64,000 bases of DNA from Bacteroidota bacterium. GTDB taxonomy: Bacteria > Bacteroidota > Bacteroidia > 2-12-FULL-35-15. The translations under genes were made by a program, and so were the position numbers. The notes beneath the pieces are model-generated. The model did not search any database. It worked only from the letters and a program-made list of their open reading frames with translations, and was not told where the DNA came from. How positions within the stretch are numbered: the first letter of the stretch is position 1; every line of letters starts with the position of its first letter. Of this stretch, positions 18,970-28,247 are shown in pieces. The DNA is taken from the NCBI GenBank assembly GCA_947504725.1, contig CANNHN010000004.1:135203-199202 (forward strand), read 5' to 3'.

Positions 18970-19386
18970 TTATTTTACGATTTCGATTGTTTCGCATTCA
19001 ACCGTTTGTTTTTTCTTTGTGATCTCAACATCTTTAATAACGGCCAGCCTGTTAACAGTTGTTAAGGATGTACCACTTGAATAAGAATATATCGTATAGT
19101 TGCCAGCGCGCAAGTATTTAAATTCATAAATTCCATCAAAATTTGCTTGTACCTTATCGCCATAAGTAGCATCATCACCGTAAATGATGTAGACATCTTC
19201 ATAGGCACCAGCAAATTCTCCTCCTAGTGAAGCAGGGATTGCTATGCCAAGGTCGTTGTATCTTTTTACCCAAATTTTTCCAGTAATTGTTGCCTTTCCT
19301 CCTTCACCTTCTGATTTTTTACATGAAGAAATTGATAAGAGACTTACTGATATAAGTGATAGAATAATTATTTTGAATATTTTCAT
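18970..19386 (-). CDS. Small lipoprotein, tandem paralog 1
   Basis: 138 aa with lipobox ..SSCKK. Paralogous to the adjacent 141-aa gene (shared GKIWV..YN.LG, GEFAGA.EDVYIIYGDD..YG.KV, DGIFEFKYLR.G.Y). Confidence 0.5.
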   Translation of the reverse strand: MKIFKIIILSLISVSLLSISSCKKSEGEGGKATITGKIWVKRYNDLGIAIPASLGGEFAGAYEDVYIIYGDDATYGDKVQANFDGIYEFKYLRAGNYTIYSYSSGTSLTTVNRLAVIKDVEITKKKQTVECETIEIVK

Positions 19387-19405
19387 CTTTCTGAAATGAG
19401 ATTTA

Positions 19406-19831
19406 TTATTTATAAATAGTTAGAGTGCCTGCGTCAACGGTTTCTTTTTTGTTAGCTATGTTTACTGAAACATCTACTGTTTTTATTCCTGAGCCATAAA
19501 AATAGGACGCACGTGTAGTGTCTTTAGACTTTACATAAACTTTGTAATCGCCTTTTCGTAAATATTTAAATTCAAAAATCCCATCAGGTCCTGATTTTAC
19601 TTTGTTACCATAGCTTATATCGTCACCATAAATGATATAAACATCTTCATCTGCTCCTGCAAATTCACCTTTTAAAAAATAGGGAGGACTAGATATACTT
19701 CCTAATGTGTTGTAGTTTTCAACCCATATTTTTCCTTGAATAGTTGCTTGTCCGCCTTCTCCTTCTGGTTTGTTGCACGATGCAATTATCAGTGCTACAG
19801 TAACAGCTAATAATAAGATTTTTTTACTCAT
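19406..19831 (-). CDS. Small lipoprotein, tandem paralog 2
   Basis: 141 aa with lipobox ..ASCNK. About 50% identical to paralog 1. Confidence 0.5.
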   Translation of the reverse strand: MSKKILLLAVTVALIIASCNKPEGEGGQATIQGKIWVENYNTLGSISSPPYFLKGEFAGADEDVYIIYGDDISYGNKVKSGPDGIFEFKYLRKGDYKVYVKSKDTTRASYFYGSGIKTVDVSVNIANKKETVDAGTLTIYK

Positions 19832-19935
19832 AAGTGATTCTGTATTATTGTGTTTAATTAAATGTTTAGCAATATTAAAATAATGTTCTGTATTAAACCT
19901 GTAGTTTGTTAAGTTAATATTAACAATACGCCCCT

Positions 19936-22900
19936 TTAGAGTGTTTTTGTTTTAATTAGTTTAATTGTTTTTGTAAATTCTTTTGTTTTTAATTCAATAA
20001 AGTACATTCCAGACGCCATAGCCAATCCTTTTGTGTCAAAATTAAACGAATAACTTCCCTCTGCATGAAAAGTATCAGGAGAGACAATGGTTGCTACATC
20101 TTGACCAATTATTGAATACAATTTTACGCTTACTTGCATACTTTCTGGCAACTGAAAATTGATAGTAATTAAATCGTTGAAAGGATTTGGATATACATCT
20201 AAGCCCAGTTCAAGAACATCAAAATGTGCTCTGAAAACATCATTTGTATCGATGTTTAAAGTGATACTTTCGAGTTCAGTTTTTAAAATAGTACTATTTG
20301 CTTCCCAATATTTGAACTCGTATCCAGGATTTGCAATGGCTGTGATGGATACAGGAACACCATCAAAGTAGACGCCTGTCCACGGTAGCGACTCAGGAGT
20401 AATGGTGCTGATTTTAATTTTACCAGCTCCAGCAGGCATTACATCTAATGTCACATCCACTTGTTTTGTTAATCCAAATTGACTTTGTATCTGGTCGCGT
20501 GCAAATCCAATTCTATTTGTCGCAAATAGCATCATGGTGTCAATTTCACTTTCCCATTCAGTTACATTTGAAGAAGGACCAATTAAACCACTCCAAAAAC
20601 TTCCTCCCCAGCGAGTAAAATGTCTTGGCATTTCTGGTAACATTTCATCATGCATTGCATCTGCATTTTGTTGCATAGTGCTTGGTAAAAAAATGGTGTT
20701 CATTAAATCAGCATATCGATCAACAAAATAATTTTTAAATTCTGAATTTGCTAAAAGCCCAGACAACATTGTTGAATGGGGATTTACTGTAACGGGGTTA
20801 ATAGCGATATCTAAAAAGTCGGTGCTTACTGCTCCGCCCCAAGCAGTAGCAAATCCAAGTGATAAGTCGGTATCCCATAAAACATAACGCCATTTTCCAA
20901 CTGGATTATTTGGTCGCCAAAATTTGATATTGTTGGTGTAACTTCCAAGCCAATCGATATTTAATATATACGTTTCCGTTATAAAATAGTCGCAAAAATT
21001 TTCTACATCCAACAGACTTTTTGCTGTATTGTAATTTGCAGCAATAGACATATCGTTTGAGCCAATCCAATTTGACATGCTCAAAAATGCGGTATTACTT
21101 CCTTCAATTATACTTCCATCAAATTGTAAAAAATCAATTTTGTCGGCAGGAATACCGCTGTTGTTTTCTATATAATCTTTGTCTTGTTTTTCACGTAATT
21201 CATAAACGCCCCAATAATCACCGTTGATGAAAAGCACACATGGTCTGCCGTCCATAATTTCAAGACTCGTACTTTTTTGAGCATTTTTTTGATTGAAACG
21301 GTCACGCATATGCGCTTTGTTCCAATCTGAACCAGCATTTCGAATGTTGAATGATTTGTATTGCGTGACAAATGGTTTGTCCGGAAACAAAGGGTAATCA
21401 ATCGTTTCGCCTTTGTAGTTTTCTTTTGTTTTTACAGCAAATCCTCTTTGTGGCCAAGCTTTTGAATAATTTCCTTGGATAGCGATAGAAGATGGAGTTT
21501 CAAATCCTAAATTTCCATTTGGGTCGAAATACTCTATGTTCGCAGGTCGTTCCCAGCCTTGCCAAAAATTCGCACCTTGAAAAGGAACATTTACTGTATC
21601 AGCATTTGGGCCCATTACATAAATTCCATAATTGTAATCAAACAAATTATAAGGATCGCTGGTTAAGGAAACAACAGGTAGTTCAATGTTTTCGTTTATG
21701 AAATAAGTATTGGTAATAATTTCGCTTGGCAATTGTAATGGGTCCGTTGAATACGTACGTGCTCTTACAGCCATAGTGGAATCAATAGTAATTGGAGTTA
21801 AGTACAATGCAGATGTTTGATCGGGATCTTTTCCATCAAGTGTATATCTTACCAATCCTGTTGGGGAAGACATACTTAATGTTTGTGTTGAAGAATAAAA
21901 TCCAGCACTTAAAGAAAAAGAAGGTTTACTTAGATAATCAGTGTAGAATGCGGAAGTGTTATTCGTTGTATCTGGAGTTGGAGAATCAAAATAATACCAA
22001 CTGCTAGCTCCATTAGGTCTTCTACCAAATGTGTTATTCAATTGCATTCCTCCAATTATTTTTTGGTCAACGATATTTCCTGAAGCATCTTTTAAAATTA
22101 GTTCTTGTCCAGTGCTATTTAAATTAAAGCTGGTATGTAAATTAACAATAGCTGCAAACGGATAATACGTAACTGCGGTATCGTTTACTCCAATTAAAAA
22201 ATAGGGGATCATAGAAAGATCGTCCGTTCCACTAGAGAAATTGTGTACCTGAACACTAAATACATTTAATCCTGGTTTGATAGCGGCATCAACAACTTCG
22301 GGTGAAACAAAATAAGCTCCTGAAAAATTTCCAGTTGAATAAACACTAGCTTCATGCTCATCATAAGCCCAAGTATTAAAGTTTGGTCGGTCACCATAAA
22401 CGCCAACATTCGCACGAGCTATTTCAACACCATTTAAATAAGCAACAAAGCCATCATCATAATCTAAAAACAATAAAGCTGTTGGGATCTTACTAGTATC
22501 AGCAATATTAAAACTAGTTCGCATAAAAACTGAAGTTATTGGAGGAGTGATAGTGCTATCATCTCCATCGCCATAACCAATTCCTCCAATTCCTGTTAAC
22601 CAAGATGCATCGTTAAAAGTTATATCAGGCCAAGTAGCTGGCGGGTTTGTTGTTCCTAAAAAATATTTCCATGGAAGCTGAGGATAAACAGGTACTTCCC
22701 AATGGTCGAAGTATGCATTTCGGTTTTTCTTAGAACAAAAAACGGTTAAGTAATCGTTTGCTTTTATATTTATGCTTGGAAAAGTCCAAGATTTACTTTT
22801 TCCATTTTCGATAGAAGAGATAGTATATCCACTCATATTGATTGGTGAAGCTGTAGGATTATAAAATTCAATCCAATCTTCTTGGTCGTTATCTTCATCT

Positions 22901-23019
22901 AAATAACTAGAAACACTCGCGTTGGAAACTTCATTAATGACAATTTGTGCATTTGACTGCAATGCACATGCAAAAATTAAAGAGAAAATACAGTAGAGTA
23001 GGCGTATATTAATGCACAT
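19936..23019 (-). CDS. CotH kinase-family protein with N-terminal lamin-tail domain and T9SS C-terminal sorting domain
   Basis: 1027 aa. An LTD-like N-terminus (VINEVS..DWIEFYNPT..MSGYTI) is followed by a CotH core (..FINGDYWGVYELREKQDKDYIE..). The last approximately 80 aa (VYPNPFNDLITINF...GMYFIELKT) match a T9SS CTD. Confidence 0.65.
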   Translation of the reverse strand: MCINIRLLYCIFSLIFACALQSNAQIVINEVSNASVSSYLDEDNDQEDWIEFYNPTASPINMSGYTISSIENGKSKSWTFPSINIKANDYLTVFCSKKNRNAYFDHWEVPVYPQLPWKYFLGTTNPPATWPDITFNDASWLTGIGGIGYGDGDDSTITPPITSVFMRTSFNIADTSKIPTALLFLDYDDGFVAYLNGVEIARANVGVYGDRPNFNTWAYDEHEASVYSTGNFSGAYFVSPEVVDAAIKPGLNVFSVQVHNFSSGTDDLSMIPYFLIGVNDTAVTYYPFAAIVNLHTSFNLNSTGQELILKDASGNIVDQKIIGGMQLNNTFGRRPNGASSWYYFDSPTPDTTNNTSAFYTDYLSKPSFSLSAGFYSSTQTLSMSSPTGLVRYTLDGKDPDQTSALYLTPITIDSTMAVRARTYSTDPLQLPSEIITNTYFINENIELPVVSLTSDPYNLFDYNYGIYVMGPNADTVNVPFQGANFWQGWERPANIEYFDPNGNLGFETPSSIAIQGNYSKAWPQRGFAVKTKENYKGETIDYPLFPDKPFVTQYKSFNIRNAGSDWNKAHMRDRFNQKNAQKSTSLEIMDGRPCVLFINGDYWGVYELREKQDKDYIENNSGIPADKIDFLQFDGSIIEGSNTAFLSMSNWIGSNDMSIAANYNTAKSLLDVENFCDYFITETYILNIDWLGSYTNNIKFWRPNNPVGKWRYVLWDTDLSLGFATAWGGAVSTDFLDIAINPVTVNPHSTMLSGLLANSEFKNYFVDRYADLMNTIFLPSTMQQNADAMHDEMLPEMPRHFTRWGGSFWSGLIGPSSNVTEWESEIDTMMLFATNRIGFARDQIQSQFGLTKQVDVTLDVMPAGAGKIKISTITPESLPWTGVYFDGVPVSITAIANPGYEFKYWEANSTILKTELESITLNIDTNDVFRAHFDVLELGLDVYPNPFNDLITINFQLPESMQVSVKLYSIIGQDVATIVSPDTFHAEGSYSFNFDTKGLAMASGMYFIELKTKEFTKTIKLIKTKTL

Positions 23020-23088
23020 GTTAATTTAATGTAAATTTAACAAAAAATCGGCATCAATACAAGCATTTTTTGGCTTTTATTGATCGAA

Positions 23089-23105
23089 ATTCACCTGATG
23101 TGAAT
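23089..23105. promoter_or_regulatory. Palindrome attcac-N5-gtgaat in the promoter region of the 1027-aa CotH gene
   Basis: Perfect 6-bp inverted repeat, 70-85 bp upstream of the CotH start and just downstream of the LytTR regulator gene. Confidence 0.25.
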
Positions 23106-23155
23106 ATACTTTGACGAACAAAAAGCCGTATAGTTTAAATGATAAAAAGCGGCAC

Positions 23156-23851
23156 TTATTTTTTAAAAATGGCATTAAAATCTGCTTCATAACTGCTTCC
23201 AATAGGAATTTCTTTCCCTGCAATCGAAATCATTTTTTTTCTAACGTTTTCTATTTTACTAAATGGAATAATAAATGAGCGATGCACACGAATGAATTCT
23301 GTGGAAGATAATTTTTCCATAATGCCTTTCATGGTCATTCGTGTTACTATTGGTTTTGGGTTATTTAAAAGATGAATTTTTAAATAATCATCCAATCCTT
23401 CAATTAAAGCGATATCATTTATGGCAATTTTAATCAGACTATAATCTGCTCTCACGAATAAATATTGTTCCATGTTTTTTTCTAAAGTTCCAGCAGAACC
23501 AAAATTATCTTTTGCTTTATTTACTGCTTGTAAAAAACGTTCATAGGTATAGGGTTTTAGTAAATAATCAATGGCGTTTAAATTAAATCCTTCCACAGCA
23601 AATTCGCTATAAGCAGTTGTGAAAATAACCATTGTGTTTTGTTCAATCGATTTGTAAAGTTCAATGCCTGACATGGAAGGCATATTGATGTCCAAAAACA
23701 ACAAGTCGGTTGGGAATTTACTAAGATGTTTCAATGCTTCATTCGGCATTGAAAATGTTTTTTGTAGTTCAATTAATCCAGTTTTCTCACAAAAATTTTC
23801 AATAATTTTCAATGCTGGTAATTCATCGTCAATGGCAATTGCTTTTATCAT
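23156..23851 (-). CDS. LytTR-family two-component response regulator
   Basis: Receiver domain (..LFLDINMP..) plus a C-terminal LytTR DNA-binding domain. 231 aa. Confidence 0.8.
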   Translation of the reverse strand: MIKAIAIDDELPALKIIENFCEKTGLIELQKTFSMPNEALKHLSKFPTDLLFLDINMPSMSGIELYKSIEQNTMVIFTTAYSEFAVEGFNLNAIDYLLKPYTYERFLQAVNKAKDNFGSAGTLEKNMEQYLFVRADYSLIKIAINDIALIEGLDDYLKIHLLNNPKPIVTRMTMKGIMEKLSSTEFIRVHRSFIIPFSKIENVRKKMISIAGKEIPIGSSYEADFNAIFKK

Positions 23852-24849
23852 TTAAGGTCTATTGTTAGTGAAACTGAATATTCTTTTTCAGTATTGTTAA
23901 TTTGTAATTTGTGTTTTCCGGGATAAATCATTTGCAATCTGTTTTTTGTATTTTGTACTCCAACACCACTTTCGGATTCTGCACTGCGTTGAACAAAAAC
24001 TTTATTGTTTTTTACAAATAAAAATAATTGATTTTCCGTTGTGTCAATCTTAATATTAATTATTGAATTGTCTTCAGCATTTACACCATGTTTGTAAGCA
24101 TTTTCAATAAATGGAATAAGTATTAATGGTGCAATTGTTTTGTTTTTATGGTCTCCAGTAATGGTGCATTCAAATTGGATAAAACTTCCAAAACGAATTT
24201 GTTGTAATTCAATAAAGTTCTGAATGTATTCAATTTCTTTTTCTAAACTAACATAATCACTTGAACTTTCGCTTAAAACATAACGCATCATGTTTGACAA
24301 TTTAACAATTGAAGAAGCGACATTGTCGGATTGGACAATTGCCAAGGAGTAGATGCTGTTTAATGTGTTAAATAGAAAGTGAGGGTTGATTTGAGCTTTT
24401 AAATAAGCCAATTCGGCATCAAGTTTTTCTTTTTCAGATTGTTTCAAGCGAACGTTAATTTTAAGCATCAGTGAGAAAACTAAAACAATTAAAAATAAAA
24501 AGAGACGAATTTTAATTTCTCGTATAAAAAATGTATCAAAAGTATTTGAATTAAAATTAGTAGAAGGGATGAGTACAAGTGGTAAAAAGAAGATTAGTGC
24601 AAAATAGAAAAACACTACAAAGTAAAAAATGTAATATTTTTTTTCAAAATATAGTCTTGGAATTAAAACGAAATAACTTAAATAAAAAAAAGGAATCAAA
24701 ATAATTGAAAATAGTAAATCGCGCTGAAACCCTTTGGCGTGAATAAAATCAAAATCAAGAGAAAGGTCAGGCGAAAAAATAATAGGAAGTGCTAAGAAAA
24801 TAGCGCAGCCTAATAAGTGAATGACAAGTTGATTGGTTTTTTTATTCAT
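23848..24849 (-). CDS. LytS/YehU-type sensor histidine kinase (membrane)
   Basis: N-terminal TM helices and the His_kinase motif LKAQINPHFLFNTLNSI. It overlaps the RR gene start by 4 bp. Confidence 0.75.
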   Translation of the reverse strand: MNKKTNQLVIHLLGCAIFLALPIIFSPDLSLDFDFIHAKGFQRDLLFSIILIPFFYLSYFVLIPRLYFEKKYYIFYFVVFFYFALIFFLPLVLIPSTNFNSNTFDTFFIREIKIRLFLFLIVLVFSLMLKINVRLKQSEKEKLDAELAYLKAQINPHFLFNTLNSIYSLAIVQSDNVASSIVKLSNMMRYVLSESSSDYVSLEKEIEYIQNFIELQQIRFGSFIQFECTITGDHKNKTIAPLILIPFIENAYKHGVNAEDNSIINIKIDTTENQLFLFVKNNKVFVQRSAESESGVGVQNTKNRLQMIYPGKHKLQINNTEKEYSVSLTIDLK

Positions 24850-24892
24850 TTCTACAAATGTAAATCAATTTAGAAATGAATTCAATCCTTTT

Positions 24893-26392
24893 CTACTTTA
24901 TTTTTTGAAATTTTGAATACCCGTTCTCATTCACTTTGATCAAATACATTCCGGAAGGAAATTCTGAAATATCAATCTTTTCGGAAGTATTCTGAGATGT
25001 TAGTTTTGAAATTTCTTGTCCTAATGAATTGTAAATTCGAATTGCATTTTCAGTTTGAGTTAAATTGAAGTTAATTGTGATAAAGTCGTTCGCAGGATTT
25101 GGATAAACTATGAATGGATTGTTTTCCGAACTATTTTCATTTACTCCAACATAACAACCATTTAAAAATAATTCTGCTATCAATGCATTTCTGCGGTCGG
25201 TAATAAATGTTTTTATTCCCATTATCATTCCTACGTCTGATGTTAAATTTGTTTCGAAGTCTGCACTCGAATAAAATTTTATGCCATCGGCATAAACATC
25301 CGTACGGATTGCATTTGCTAATGAATCAATTTTTGAATCCAATGCAGCATTACTAAAATCGTATTGAAGCCATTGACAAAATACATCCGTTAATGTGCTT
25401 TTGTAAGATGGTACAGCAAGCATTTTTTGAACTAATGGTCGGTTTGTTGAAGGTGTAGAAACGTGATAAGCGCTTAAGTTTTTAAGCTGTGTGTTCGTTA
25501 ATCCCATATTGAAATTCCCAAAAGATTCATTGACATCCCAACTCACCCATTCAAATTTATTTGCAAGTGTATCGTGATAAATAAAATAATTGTGACCACT
25601 TCCAATATATGAATCCAGATTGACAAATAAATTCATGGCTGCCCAATGTCTAATGAAACTACTAGTGTTTAAAGCCACTTCCAAAGAGTCTTGAAAATTG
25701 CTTGCGCTATTATTAATGTTGTCAATTAAGTCGACTAAATCGGTCCAATCATTTGCTGTTTCATTTGTATGCAATTCGTATTTTGCATAATAGGAAGATG
25801 CGGCAGTACCATACCATCTTAAATCTCCAGATGGATCACCTTTAAACATGTTCCCTTGTTTGTTTCCAAAACGATCATCTAGAAAAGTTTTGTTTGCTTC
25901 TTCAACAAACATGTATAATCCCCAATAAATTCCATTTAAGTAGACACGAGTGTATGAGCATCGTGGAGCCGCTAATCCATGTTCATTATAAAAATCTAAC
26001 GCCAATTTTTCACGCATAAAAGACGGGTCTTTAAAACCGTTATTCAAATTGAATTTTTTTATTCCATCAAGTTCACTAGTTGATCCATATTCATTTAAAT
26101 CTATTTTAAATGGTTTTTTTGTACTTGGGTTAGAGTAAGAAGAATTTCCTTTAAACTTTATTCCCACGTTTGGATAAATCACACCGTCTATAGTTACATC
26201 TCCTTTTAAATATAAATCCAATGGTTTATTTGCCACGAGAGAATCCCAGTAATTGGTTTGTGGAAATGTCATATATATATCATGAACAATAGCTTGTCCG
26301 AAAAAAATATCGCCTTCTGTTTGAGCTTTGGTTTTAGATGAGAGTAAAGAAATTGAGATTAAAAAAAGTGGGAGTAGCTTTTTTAGTTTCAT
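24893..26392 (-). CDS. CotH kinase-family protein with T9SS C-terminal sorting domain
   Basis: 499 aa with a signal peptide. The CotH core aligns by eye to B. subtilis CotH (HDIYMTF.., GIKFKGNSS..KKPFKIDLN, KKFNLNNGFKDPSFMREKLALDFY, YLNGIYWGLYMFVEEANKTFL). A T9SS CTD is present (VYPNPANDFITINF..). Confidence 0.7.
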   Translation of the reverse strand: MKLKKLLPLFLISISLLSSKTKAQTEGDIFFGQAIVHDIYMTFPQTNYWDSLVANKPLDLYLKGDVTIDGVIYPNVGIKFKGNSSYSNPSTKKPFKIDLNEYGSTSELDGIKKFNLNNGFKDPSFMREKLALDFYNEHGLAAPRCSYTRVYLNGIYWGLYMFVEEANKTFLDDRFGNKQGNMFKGDPSGDLRWYGTAASSYYAKYELHTNETANDWTDLVDLIDNINNSASNFQDSLEVALNTSSFIRHWAAMNLFVNLDSYIGSGHNYFIYHDTLANKFEWVSWDVNESFGNFNMGLTNTQLKNLSAYHVSTPSTNRPLVQKMLAVPSYKSTLTDVFCQWLQYDFSNAALDSKIDSLANAIRTDVYADGIKFYSSADFETNLTSDVGMIMGIKTFITDRRNALIAELFLNGCYVGVNENSSENNPFIVYPNPANDFITINFNLTQTENAIRIYNSLGQEISKLTSQNTSEKIDISEFPSGMYLIKVNENGYSKFQKIK

Positions 26393-26516
26393 TGTGTAAA
26401 ATGTTAAGTTTAGATTATCAGACCATACAATATCAAGAAGGTTTAATGCAGTCTAATTTTTATCCATATCAAAAATAGGGCATTTGTTTTTGATTGTCAA
26501 GTTGACTGAAAACCAT

Positions 26517-26524
26517 TATCTTTG
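26517..26524 (+). promoter_or_regulatory. Candidate -7 promoter element TATCTTTG (TAnnTTTG) upstream of cdd
   Basis: Motif match lying 17 bp upstream of the ATG. Confidence 0.3.
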
Positions 26525-26541
26525 GGCTAAATAGCTTTAAA

Positions 26542-27033
26542 ATGATTGAAAAAGAATTAAAAATAGTCTTTACGGAATATGATTCGGAGCAGGAGTTGGG
26601 TAAAGAGGAGCAGGAATTGCTGAAAAGAGCCAAAGAGGCAAGTAAATTGGCCTATGCACCGTATTCTAATTTCCATGTAGGAGCAGCTTTATTGTTGGAA
26701 AATGGGGTAATTGTAACAGGAAATAACCAAGAGAATGTGGCTTATCCGAGCGGATTATGTGCAGAAAGAGTAGCCATTTATGCGGCAGGAGCTCAGTATC
26801 CGAATGTGGCGATCAAAACCATTGCAATAACATGTAACTCAAAAGTTTTTCAGGTAAATGAGCCGCTTTCCCCTTGTGGTGCGTGTCGACAAGCCATGTC
26901 GGAATATGAAATGCGCCATAAAAGTAATATCCGAACGATTTTAGCTGGTGAAACAGGAAAAATCCTAGTGATGAATAGCATTGCCGATTTATTGCCTTTT
27001 ATGTTTAAGGCTGAAGAGCTTAAGAAAGGTTAA
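26542..27033 (+). CDS. cdd: Cytidine deaminase
   Basis: Zinc-binding motifs C(A)ERVAI ... PCGACRQ. 163 aa. Confidence 0.8.
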   Translation: MIEKELKIVFTEYDSEQELGKEEQELLKRAKEASKLAYAPYSNFHVGAALLLENGVIVTGNNQENVAYPSGLCAERVAIYAAGAQYPNVAIKTIAITCNSKVFQVNEPLSPCGACRQAMSEYEMRHKSNIRTILAGETGKILVMNSIADLLPFMFKAEELKKG

Positions 27034-27050
27034 TATGTTGGTATTTGGCG

Positions 27051-27072
27051 TCTCAACTCCGCTCGAAGTGAC
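27051..27072. repeat. Solo arm of REP-like repeat subfamily B (ctcaactccgctcgaagtgaca)
   Basis: Matches the arm consensus cttcgactccgctca..gtgaca without an inverted partner. It lies between cdd and pdhA. Confidence 0.5.
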
Positions 27073-27140
27073 AAAAAGGTTAAGAGTTTTAGTTTTGAAT
27101 TATAATTGTTAAATTTGTAGTTCTACACAAATCGAACACT

Positions 27141-28202
27141 ATGGAAAAAGTAGTAAGTAAAACAAAAAAAGCAATACCAGTGGCAGAAACAAAATCAACC
27201 ACCAAGTTCAGCAAAGATACATACATCAAATGGTATGAATCCATGTTGTTAATGCGAAAGTTTGAAGAAAAAACTGGACAGTTATATATCCAACAAAAAA
27301 TCCGTGGTTTTTGTCACTTGTACATTGGACAAGAAGCATTGGTAGCTGGTTCGGAATCGGTTTTAAGAAGAGAAGACAGGGTTATTACAGCATATCGCGA
27401 TCATGCGCATCCAATCGGAAGAGGTTTACATCCAAAATACATTATGGCTGAAATGATGGCAAAGGTGACTGGTTGCTCTAAAGGCAAAGGTGGCTCGATG
27501 CATATTTTTTCGAAAGAATTTAATTTCTTTGGCGGTCATGGCATTGTGGGCGGACAAATTCCTTTAGGTGCAGGTCTTGCTTTTGCGGATAAATATAATG
27601 GTAATGACAATGTGACTTTATGTTACATGGGTGATGGTGCTGTTCGTCAAGGTGCATTGCACGAAGCTTTCAACATGGCTATGTTATGGAAATTACCGGT
27701 GATTTTTATTATTGAAAATAATAATTATGCAATGGGTACTTCGGTTGAACGTACTTCAAACGTTCATGATTTATGGAAATTAGGTTTGTCTTATGAAATG
27801 CCTGCATATCCTGTGGATGGAATGACTTGTGAAGCAGTTCATGAAGCTATTGAGGAAGCTGTTGGTCGTGCTCGTAAAGGTGACGGACCCACTTTATTGG
27901 AAATGAAAACGTATCGATACAAAGGTCACTCTATGAGTGATGCTCAAAGTTACCGTACAAAAGATGAAGTGAAAGAATATCAAGCTCAAGATCCAATTGA
28001 AAAAGTTTTGGCAACTATCCGCAAAAATAATTGGATGAGCGAAACAGATATTGAAGCAGCAGAACAAAAAGTGGAAGACATAGTTGCTGAGTCGGTAAAG
28101 TTTGGAGAAGAATCACCTTATCCAACACCAGATGAGTTGTTCAAAGATGTTTATACGCAAGAGGATTATCCTTATATCAACGATGAAAATCCAATAGCTT
28201 AA
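27141..28202 (+). CDS. pdhA: Pyruvate dehydrogenase E1 component alpha subunit
   Basis: TPP-binding motif GDGA...G...E..N.A.....PVIF..ENN.YAMGT. 353 aa. Confidence 0.85.
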   Translation: MEKVVSKTKKAIPVAETKSTTKFSKDTYIKWYESMLLMRKFEEKTGQLYIQQKIRGFCHLYIGQEALVAGSESVLRREDRVITAYRDHAHPIGRGLHPKYIMAEMMAKVTGCSKGKGGSMHIFSKEFNFFGGHGIVGGQIPLGAGLAFADKYNGNDNVTLCYMGDGAVRQGALHEAFNMAMLWKLPVIFIIENNNYAMGTSVERTSNVHDLWKLGLSYEMPAYPVDGMTCEAVHEAIEEAVGRARKGDGPTLLEMKTYRYKGHSMSDAQSYRTKDEVKEYQAQDPIEKVLATIRKNNWMSETDIEAAEQKVEDIVAESVKFGEESPYPTPDELFKDVYTQEDYPYINDENPIA

Positions 28203-28203
28203 A

Positions 28204-28240
28204 AAATCCTAAATCCTAAATTTCTAAATCCTAAATAGAA
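28204..28240. repeat. Short tandem heptamer (atcctaa x3, imperfect) in the pdhA-E2 gap
   Basis: The sequence aaatcctaaatcctaaatttctaaatcctaaat sits between the two PDH genes. Confidence 0.4.
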
Positions 28241-28247
28241 TAAGAGT

